From: an uncultured Pseudomonadota bacterium
GTDB taxonomy: Bacteria > Myxococcota_A > Polyangia > Fen-1088
DNA length: 64,000 nucleotides
Direction of reading: 5' to 3'
Assembly: GCA_963774325.1 (NCBI GenBank)
Contig: CAVZEF010000002.1
Span: forward strand, 108 to 64,107
In this document: piece after piece, positions 41,161 through 49,392 of the stretch
Layout: each line of letters starts with the position of its first letter
How positions within the stretch are numbered: position 1 is the first letter of the stretch
Position numbers and translations under genes: made by a program
Notes under the pieces: model-generated
What the model saw: only the letters and a program-made list of their open reading frames with translations
Told to the model about the DNA's origin: nothing
Databases searched by the model: none

Positions 41161-41946
41161 GGGGTTCGAACGCCGACCGGAGGAAGCCACAGCGACTTGA
41201 ACAGCAGCTCGGTGGTCCCGACCTTGATGATGTCACCGTCGGCCAGCCGGACGATCTCGCCCTTGACCAGCTTGTGCGAGTTGACGAAGGTGCCGTTCGC
41301 CGACGGCCCGGGCCGATCGCGGTCGCGGATCGTGAACGCATCGGTGCGCTCGCCGGTCATGCGGGCGGCTCAGCACGGCGTGCCCGCTCGACATGAAGCC
41401 GTCGTCGAAGGCGACCAGCTTGGCGGAGCCGATCGGCGGCGCGTCGGCGCGCGACAGCACGGCGTCGGCGTCGAGCTCGACGAGCGTCCCCTTCTTCGAC
41501 TCGTCGCCGGTGCGAATGACGATCAGCCAGCCCAGCGTCATGCCGCGCCGCCGCGTGCGATGCCGGCAGCTCGACCTGCCCGGGCGCGAAGAACATGGTC
41601 TTGGCGCCGACCAGGTTGGGCCGGCACTTGCCGCAGGTGGTGCCCCAGCCGGCCAGCATCGGCTCGCCGCAGTTGGGGCACGGGATCTCCGCGGGCGCCG
41701 ATTCCTCCGGCGGCTCCAGCGGCTCGAAGGCCCCGCTTGGCCCGCGCGAGCGTGCGCCGGCTCCCGTCCCGAGCCCGGGGTCGGACAGCGGGCTGCGCGG
41801 GCGCGCCGGCCTCCGCGGGGGCCCGCCCGACGAGACGCTGGCCCGCGGCGACCGCGCGGCGGCGTCGGCGACTCCGGCTGCTGGGGCGGCTGATTGCCGA
41901 GAAGATTTTTCAGCTTATCGAACACGCGGTTAGCGATGGTCATCAT
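41157..41946 (-). pseudogene. zinc-ribbon plus FHA domain protein, three frame changes
   Basis: The N-terminus MMTIANRVFDKLKNLLG is followed by a Pro/Arg-rich linker. The zinc ribbon is EIPCPNCGEPMLAGWGTTCGKCRPN (CxxC...CxxC). The FHA domain reads LGWLIVIRTGDESKKGTLVELD...SSGHAVLS...IRDRDRPGPSANGTFVNSHKL...LADGDIIKVGTTELLFK. Frame changes lie near 41800, 41560 and 41365. Confidence 0.7.
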
Positions 41947-42106
41947 AGGTTCGCGATCGGAGAGGGTCAAACAAGGATCGCGTGACGCCCCTTCCGCATC
42001 GCGCCCCGGCCGGCGAACCCCATCCGGCGCCGGTCACGTCGTATGAAGGAAGTGGCCTCAGGATCTTTCCCAGTTGGCCGGCCGGCCGCTAACATCACGG
42101 CCTTCG

Positions 42107-44169
42107 ATGGCCAGCCGAAGATTCGCGCTCACGACCCACCCGACGCTCGCCGCCGCGTTCGCCGTGGCCGTCGCGGGCGGCGGCATCGCCGCGGTCGTCG
42201 ACGCTGCCGACCCGGCCGGCGCCGGCAGCCGAATCAGCGGGCGCGCAGTCCACCGCCATCATCGTCGCGGGCCAGCCGTTCGACGTCGGGCGCACGGTCG
42301 TGCTGTGGAAGGATCCGCAAGGGTTCGACGCCTACCAGGTCCGCTGCATCGACCAGCACGGCGGCTGCTGCGACACCGACTCCAAGCGCTACGGCTCGCG
42401 CAAGCTGGAACACGACTCTGTCGAGGACATGCAACAGCAGGTCTCGCAGCTGGTGCTGCACTTCGACGGCTGCGTGAACTCGCGCTCTTGCTTCAAGTCG
42501 ATGCACAACCGCACGCGCCCCAGCGGCGCCGGCTGCGGGCTGTCGGCGCACTTCATGATCGACGCCGACGGCACGATCTACCAGACGCTGGATCTGGTCG
42601 AGCGCGCGTTCCACGCCGAGGAGGCCAACGCCACCTCGATCGGCGTCGAGATCTGCAACCGCGGCAAGGTCGACCGCAGCGAGTGGCCCAAGCTGCCCGC
42701 CGAGTACCGCACGCGCCCCACGCGCGACGTGGTCATCAACGGCGAGCACCACGAGGCCTACGACTTCCGCCCCGAGCAGTACGATTCGCTGGTCGCGCTC
42801 GCGCGCACGCTGCTGCGCGTGTTCCCCAAGATCAAGCCGGTGATCCCGGAGCGCAACGGCCAGGTCATCATGGACACGCTGCCGGATCCGATGAGCTTCG
42901 CCGGCATCCTCGGCCACCTGCACGTCGATCTGCAGAGGCAAAAGTGGGATCCGGGCGCGCTCGACTGGCACCGGCTGATGCGCGCGCTCAACGGCTTCGA
43001 GCTGCCGGTGCAGATCCGATCCTTCACCGATCTGCCGCGCACGCAGCAGGATCTGGTGTCGGCGCGGCGCGCGGCGTTCTACAACGCCGAGGAGCGCGCC
43101 ACCGGGTTCTTCCCGGTCGCGCCCGGGCGCCTGTGGCACTCGGGCGTGCACATCCGCGCGGCGCTCGGGTCGAGCGTGCACGCGCCGACGCGCGGCCGCA
43201 TCATCGCCGCGCGCAACGCGACCGCGGGCGCGTCGTCGCGCTCGTTCGTGCTGATCCGCCACGACCTCGACGTCGACGACGAGCCGGTGACGTTCTACTC
43301 GCTGATCGCCCACATCGCGCTGCCGTCGGTGGGCTCGTACGAGGCCAACACCATCCCCTGGCTGCAGTCGGTCGCGCACGGTCCGGTGGCGATCCGGGCG
43401 GCGCTCGAGGCCGGCGAGGTCGTGAACATCGACGAGCGCGTCGAGGCCGGCGACGTCATCGGCCACGTCGGCACCGTGAGCCGCGGCCCCGAGCAGGGCC
43501 CCGAGATCCACTTCGAGATCTTCACCACCGAGCGTCTGGGCGGCGACTTCGGCCGCGCGTTCCACTACATCAACGCCGCCGGCGACGGGCCGATCACCCG
43601 GCGCGCCGACCTCATCAACATGGCCGACCGCAACGGCGACCAGGAGCTGTCGGCCGACGAGCTGCGCCAGTTCTTCCGCTCGGGCGACCTCGACAAGCGC
43701 CAGGCGCTTGCGCCGCGTGGTCGTGCGCCACCGCCACGAGTGGGGCGACCGCACCACCGAAGCCGAGTTCGTCGAGCCTGCGCGAGCTGGCCGGCATCCC
43801 GGAAGCCGAGCGCAGGCGCCTGTACGAGATCGCCATCGCGCCCTACATCTTCTGGACCGACGAGCTGTCGCGCGTCACCGGCCTGCCCGCCAACCAGACC
43901 ATCTACTCGTACAACGCGCTGACGTTCCTGCTGGAGCTGGCGTCGCGCGCCGCGCGCGTCGAGCTGCCCAAGACGCGCGGCCGCTGCGGTCGGCGAGAGC
44001 GGCGTCGAGCCGCGCAAGCTCGCCTCCGTGCCGGTGACCGACTGGACCGAGCCCAAGGCGACGCCCGGTCGAGGCCCCGCTGTTCGGCCCCCTCATCGGC
44101 GTGCGCCTCGGCCCGCGCCGCCGCGACGACATCCCGCTCATCGAGCTCGCGCCGACCGACAACCGGTGA
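42107..44169 (+). pseudogene. multidomain peptidoglycan hydrolase: signal peptide, Amidase_2 (MurNAc-L-Ala amidase/PGRP fold), variant M23/LytM domain, EF-hand-like loop, unknown C-terminal domain; five +1 frame changes
   Basis: The signal-like N-terminus is MASRRFALTTHPTLAAAFAVAVAGGGIAAV. Amidase_2 motifs are QLVLHFDG, SAHFMIDADGTIYQTLDLVERAFHA, NATSIGVEICN and ILGHLHVDLQRQKWDPG. M23-like motifs are WHSGVHIRAALGSSVHAPTRGRI, GDVIGHVGT and GPEIHFEIF. The EF-hand-like loop is DRNGDQELSADE. The frames run 42074, 42300, 43708, 42074, then two more to TGA 44167-44169. The span is 2063 nt, and 2063 minus 5 equals 3 x 686. Confidence 0.75.
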
Positions 44170-44245
44170 GCCCGCCCTGAAATGAACCCTGCACGAAGCA
44201 GCGGTATGAGCCGTCCGCCGAACGGCGGAACACCTTAACTGCACC

Positions 44246-45413
44246 GTGGTCACGCGGCTCTGGATAGGGGTGTGTTCGCGAGCGCGCTGGGCGTTGCTGG
44301 CACTGGTTGCGGGCTGCTTTTCGAGCGCCCCGACCACCACCCTGTCGGCCAACAGCGACCCATACGGACTCTGTCCTCCGATCGATGCCGGCATGACCGG
44401 GAGCGGTGCCGGCAACGGCGAGACGCCGCCTTCCTGCGATGCGCCACCGCCGGCAAGCCCGCTCTCCGGCTGGGCCACCGTGTCCGGCATGGGCAACGGC
44501 ACGGTGTCGGTCGATACGACGACCGGCGGCGACCCCGCGGTGCCGATCAGCGTGACCACGCTGGCCGACCTCAACACCGCGCTCGCGGGCACGACGCCGG
44601 CGGTCGTGCAGATCGTCGGCATGACGATCAGCGGCAACGTGCGCGTCGGCTCGAACAAGACGCTGGTCGGCGTCTGCGGCGGCGTGGTTCAGGGCAACAT
44701 CAAGATCTCGGGCTCGTACAACGTCATCGTCCGCAACCTCAAGATCGTCGGCTACAACTGCAAGGATCCCGCCGCGGTCAACGCCAAGGACTGCTCGGCG
44801 GGCGCCGACGCGGTCACGATCAGCAACTCGCACCACGTCTGGTTCGATCACGACGACATCTCCGACGGCTCCGACGGCAACCTGGACATCAACCTGGCCT
44901 CCGACTTCATCACGCTGTCGTGGACCAAGTTCTATTACTCCGGGTCGCGCGTCGACCCGGCGGGCGCCGCCGGCGGACACGAGTTCTCGGACCTGATCGG
45001 CAGCTCCGACAACTCGACGACGGATGCGGGCCACCTGCGCGTGACCTGGCACCACGACTGGTGGGGCGCCAACGTGCACGAGCGCGAGCCGCGCGTGCGG
45101 TTCGGCGAGATTCACCTCTACAACAACCTGTGGACGTCGGTCAGCAACTCGTACTGCGTCGGCCTCGGCGTCGGCGCGAGCATCCTGGCCGAGAACAACG
45201 TCTTCCGCGGCGTGAACATTCCGTTCAACATCACCTCCTACGCCGACACCACCAGCGTGCTCGAGCCGCGCGCCAACCTGCTTCGAGGGGGTCACCGGCA
45301 ACACGGACGGCGTCGGCGGCGCGGCCTTCACGCCGCCCTACGACTACACCGTCGAAGAACCCTGCACCGCCGTCGCCGAGATCCTCACGCAGGCGGGACC
45401 GCAGTACGCGGGC
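44246..45413 (+). pseudogene. pectate lyase (PL1 family) lipoprotein; frame change near 45280; true stop not identifiable
   Basis: The lipobox is LALVAGC. PL1 motifs are HVWFDHDDISDGSDGNLDI, LRVTWHHDWW and REPRVRFGEIHLYNN (ORF 44246..45652). The natural C-terminus FEGVTGNTDGVGGAAFTPPYDYTVEEPCTAVAEILTQAGPQY reads in the third frame from 45282, which has no nearby stop. The end coordinate is approximate. Confidence 0.75.
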
Positions 45414-47162
45414 TCAGAATCCGCCTTGCGGATCGACGTGCGGCGCGGGGTCGGCGTCGGCGAGACCGCCCGCATCTTTCTCGTCGCGGATCTGCGTCAC
45501 CAGGCGGCGCAGCTGCTCCTGGTACATCGCCACCGCCGGCGCGAGCGCGACCGCGCGCTCCCAGTAGAGCACGGCGTCCAGCGGACGGCGCTCCGAGACC
45601 AGCGACAGGCCGCGATCGAAGCAGGCGGCGGCGACCGCCTCGTCCTCGCTGAGGTTGTGCGTCGGCGGCGACTGCGGCAGCGCCGATTCGGGCGGCGCGC
45701 CGCGCACCCACGCGGCGACCGGATTGACGCCCGCGCGGCGCACGACCGAGAACGGATCCGACAGCGCCGCCGGCGTAGGCACCCGCGTACCAGGCGCGGG
45801 CACCCGCGTACCAGGCGTGGGCAACCGCGCCGCAGGCGTCGGCAACCGCGCCGCAGGCGTCGGCAACCGCGCCGCAGGCGTGGGGATGAACGGCGGGCGG
45901 GGCGGGGCCGCGGCGACCGGCGGCTGCGCGGTCGGGCCGCCGGGAACGCGCGGCACAACCGGGGGCGTCGCCTGCTGCTGCAGCACCGAGAGGTCGTCGA
46001 GGCTGATCGCCGGCTTCACCGCCGTGGGCGTCGGACGCGGCGTGCGGCGGGCGGCGGCGCGCGCATCAACCTGCGGGTCCGCCGGCGGCGCGAGCACCGG
46101 GGGCGCCGCCGGTCGCGCAACCGCGGGTGCTGCGACCGAGGGCAAAATGCGCAGGCGCGCCGCCTGTCCCTCGGGCGTAGCCGGCATCTCGTGCACCGCC
46201 GCGCCCGCCTTGCGCAGGTGCTCGAGCACGTCGCCCTCGTCGGCGGCGTAGGGGTCGTTGCCGAGGTCGCTGGCCAGGAGTTGTAGAAGCTCGTCGGCCA
46301 GCCGATCCGCCCACCCGTAACGCTTGCGCAGGTCGGCGGCCATCGCGCGCCGCACGACGCGCGCGACCGACATCGGCACGTTGACCTTGGTGGTGATGTC
46401 GGGCGCCTGGCCGTCGATGATCTTCTTCACCATGTCCTGGCCGTCGAACGGGCTGATGCCGGCCAGGTACTCGTAGAGCATGATGCCGACCGAGTAGAGA
46501 TCGCTCCGCGCGTCGCCGACGTTTCCGCGCAACCGCTCGGGGCTCAGGTAGCGCAGCTTGCCGACCACCGAGCTCGACGGCGGCGGCGTGTTCGTGGTCG
46601 CCGCCGCGCCGAAGTCGATCAGCTTGGTCGCGCCCGCGTACGAGATCATGACGTTCTCGGGGCTGACGTCGCGATGGACGAATCCGACCGGTACGCCGTT
46701 TTCAGTCAGCGCGTGACCGTATGACAGCGCACGAACGACATCGAGCATGGCGCGCAGGAAAAAATTTCGCGGCAGCCGGCGCTGTTTGAGACGAAACGAT
46801 CGCCCGAGCTGGCGCAACGACCGCCCCGGCACGTACTCCATCGCGATGAAGTAGCGCCCCTCGTACTGGCCGAAATCGAAGACCTGGACCATGCCAGGAT
46901 GGTTCATGCGCGCGGCGATCTCCGCCTCGTTGATGAACATGCGCACCAGATCCGGCGTGTCGGCGAGCTCGGGCCTCATCGTCTTGATGACGATGTCCTT
47001 CTGAAAGCTCTCGACGCCGAGAACGCGGGCGCGCCAGACCTCCGCCATACCACCGGCGGACAGTCGGCCGAGTATCTCGTACCGACTGAAGTGCGATCCA
47101 GCTTTCCAAGCAAAGTGCCCGAGTGGCATCCGTCCCCCTGGTGGACGCTCTCCGCGATCCAA
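45414..47162 (-). CDS. Ser/Thr protein kinase with a Pro-rich repeat linker and a TPR-like C-terminus
   Basis: Intact 582-aa ORF. The kinase motifs are LSAGGMAEVWRA, IVIKTM, HRDVSPENV, DFGAA and LRYLSPE. The linker has PTPAARL x3 and PxPGTRV x2 repeats. The C-terminus (VLYWERAVALAP) looks TPR-like. Confidence 0.8.
   Translation of the reverse strand: MDRGERPPGGRMPLGHFAWKAGSHFSRYEILGRLSAGGMAEVWRARVLGVESFQKDIVIKTMRPELADTPDLVRMFINEAEIAARMNHPGMVQVFDFGQYEGRYFIAMEYVPGRSLRQLGRSFRLKQRRLPRNFFLRAMLDVVRALSYGHALTENGVPVGFVHRDVSPENVMISYAGATKLIDFGAAATTNTPPPSSSVVGKLRYLSPERLRGNVGDARSDLYSVGIMLYEYLAGISPFDGQDMVKKIIDGQAPDITTKVNVPMSVARVVRRAMAADLRKRYGWADRLADELLQLLASDLGNDPYAADEGDVLEHLRKAGAAVHEMPATPEGQAARLRILPSVAAPAVARPAAPPVLAPPADPQVDARAAARRTPRPTPTAVKPAISLDDLSVLQQQATPPVVPRVPGGPTAQPPVAAAPPRPPFIPTPAARLPTPAARLPTPAARLPTPGTRVPAPGTRVPTPAALSDPFSVVRRAGVNPVAAWVRGAPPESALPQSPPTHNLSEDEAVAAACFDRGLSLVSERRPLDAVLYWERAVALAPAVAMYQEQLRRLVTQIRDEKDAGGLADADPAPHVDPQGGF
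45778..45882 (-). repeat. five tandem 21-bp coding repeats within the kinase linker
   Basis: The + strand units are ggcacccgcgtaccaggcg(cg/tg) at 45778 and 45799, and ggcaaccgcgccgcaggcgt(c/c/g) at 45820, 45841 and 45862. They are in frame (7 aa each). Confidence 0.85.
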
Positions 47163-47270
47163 CGTTTTTGTGGCGCTGGCAAGCTATCACAAGCCGTCGC
47201 GAAACACGTGACAATTCAAGGTGCCGCGGGTTAATGACTCCGTCGAGGATGACGCATCGACTTCCGTTTC

Positions 47271-47318
47271 TTTCGGTTCCTGTTTCGGTTCCTGTTTCGG
47301 TTCCTGTTTCGGTTCCTG
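47271..47318. repeat. perfect 12-bp x4 direct tandem repeat (tttcggttcctg) in the kinase/kdgK divergent intergenic region
   Basis: The units start at 47271, 47283, 47295 and 47307. They are preceded by the related cttccgtttc. The array lies 80-127 nt upstream of the kdgK ATG and 109-156 nt upstream of the kinase ATG. Confidence 0.9.
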
Positions 47319-47397
47319 GACCAACGAACGCGACGACGCGCACCGCCGCGGAGGCCCCCACGCGTGACGCGGCGATTGTGGCATCCTCGCAACCGAC

Positions 47398-48508
47398 ATG
47401 AGCAACCTCGCGATCAAAACGGCGGCGCAATGCCGCTTCGATGAAGTGAGTCTGGGCGAGGTGATGCTGCGCCTCGATCCCGGTGAAGGGCGGATTCACA
47501 CCACGCGCAGCTTCACCGCCTGGGAAGGCGGCGGCGAGTACAACGTCGCCCGCGGGCTGCGCCGCTGCTTCGGCCTGCGCACAGCGATCGTCACCGCGCT
47601 GGCCGACAACCCGGTCGGGACGCCTGGTCGAGGATCTGATGTTGCAAGGTGGCGTCGACCTGTCCTTTCTCCGATGGGTGAAGTACGACGGCGTCGGGCG
47701 CGAGAGCCGCAACGGGCTCAACTTCACCGAACGCGGCTTCGGCCCGCGCGGCGGCGTCGGCTGCTCCGACCGCGGCCACACCGCGATCGCCCAGCTCGCG
47801 CCGGGCGCCGTCGACTGGGACGCGATCTTCGGCGGCGCCGGCCAGGGCGCGCGCTGGCTCCACACCGGCGGCATCTTCGCCGCGCTGTCGGCCACGACAC
47901 CGGCGGTCGCGCGCGAGGCGATGGAGGCGGCGCGCCGGCACGGCACGCGCATCTCGTACGATCTCAACTACCGCGACTCGCTGTGGCGCGCCAACGGCGG
48001 ACAGGCGCGCGCGCGCGAGGTCAACCGCGCGCTGATGCCGTTCGTCGACGTGCTTTTCGGGAACGAGGAGGACTTCTCGGCCGCGTTGGGGTTCGAGCTG
48101 GACGGCGTCGATCCGGAATTCAAGGACCTGCCGACCGCGAGCTTCCGCGGCATGATCGGCAAGGTCGTCGCGGCGTTCCCCAACATCCAGGCCGTGGCCA
48201 CCACGCTGCGCACGGCGCGCTCCGCCAGCGCCAACGGCTGGGGCGCGATCGCCTACGGCGGCGGCGCGTTTCACGAGGTGCCCCAGCGCGACGTCGAGAT
48301 CCTGGACCGCGTCGGCGGCGGCGACTCGTTCGCGTCGGGGCTGATCTACGGCCTGCTCGCCGGCAAGGACCTGCCCTGGGCGCTCCGCTGCGGCGTCGCT
48401 CACGGCGCGCTGGCGATGACGACGCCGGGCGACACGACGATGGCGACGCTGCCCGAGGTGCTGCGCGCCATGGACGGCCCCAACGCCCGCATCGATAGAT
48501 GCAGATGA
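47398..48508 (+). pseudogene. kdgK: 2-dehydro-3-deoxygluconokinase (PfkB family), one frame change near 47620
   Basis: FDEVSLGEVMLRLDPGEGRI...WEGGGEYNVARGL (ORF 47398) is followed by ORF 47483..48508 with DRVGGGDSFASGLIYGLL and TPGDTT. The span is 1111 nt (3n+1). Confidence 0.75.
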
Positions 48509-48515
48509 GGCTCGC

Positions 48516-49186
48516 ATGAAGGCATCGACGAAACGCGAAACCATCCGTCGCTACATCGAGGAGATCGGGATCGTCCCCGTGGTGCGCGCTCCCTCGGCCG
48601 AGCTGGCCTGCGCGCGGCCGAGGCCGTGCTGGCCGGCGGCATCTCGGTCTTCGAGATCACCATGACCGTGCCCGGCGCCGTCGACGTGATTCGCGAGCTG
48701 TGCGAGCGCTTCCGCGGCCGCGCGCTCATCGGCGCGGGCACGGTGCTGAACCCCGACGACGCGCTGACCTGCATCGACGCGGGCGCGCAGTTCATCGTCG
48801 GCCCCGGGCTGAACCTGGCGACGATCGCCGCCGCGCACGCGCGCGAGGTGCCGGCGATGCCGGGCGCGCTGACACCGACCGAGGTGATCACCGCCTGGGA
48901 GGCCGGCGCCGACATGGTGAAGATCTTCCCCTGCGGCGCGGTCGGCGGCGCGAAATATCTGCGCGCGCTGCGCGGGCCGCTGCCGCAAGTTCGCATGCTG
49001 CCGACCGGCGGCGTGAGCGCGGTGACCGCCGGCGACTACATCGCCTCGGGCGCGTCGGCGCTGGGCGTCGGCTCGGAGCTCATCGACCCGGCGGCGCTGG
49101 CGGCCGGCGACGACCACGTGCTGACCGAGCGGGCGAGCGAGCTGGTGGCGGCGGTGAAGGCCGCGCGAGCAAAGCTGATCGCGTAG
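48516..49186 (+). pseudogene. eda: KDPG / KHG aldolase (Eda family), one frame change near 48600
   Basis: ATG 48516 gives MKASTKRETIRRYIEEIGIVPVVRAPSAE. ORF 48626..49186 then has GGISVFEITMTVPGA, IGAGTVL, PGALTPTEV, VKIFP and PTGGV, which are Eda motifs. Confidence 0.75.
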
Positions 49187-49392
49187 GCCGCCGCCGAGTC
49201 GGAGGGGACGGACACGAGCACCTGGCCGGTCTCCGAGCACGCTGGCCGGTCCTAGTACCCGGTTCCCCCAACAAGGCCCTCGTCCACTCCGTGGCGTTGA
49301 TGTTATGGTCCCGGCCATGAAACGGATGGCCCCCTTCAGGCTCGTGCTCGGCTCGAAGCGATGGCGGTGGTGGCGGTGGCGGCGGTGGTCGC

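Noticed and set aside
41161-41172. A ggggttcgaacg sequence resembling a tRNA T-arm.
   Set aside because: It sits at the overlap of two well-supported coding sequences, and no acceptor or anticodon stems can be drawn around it.
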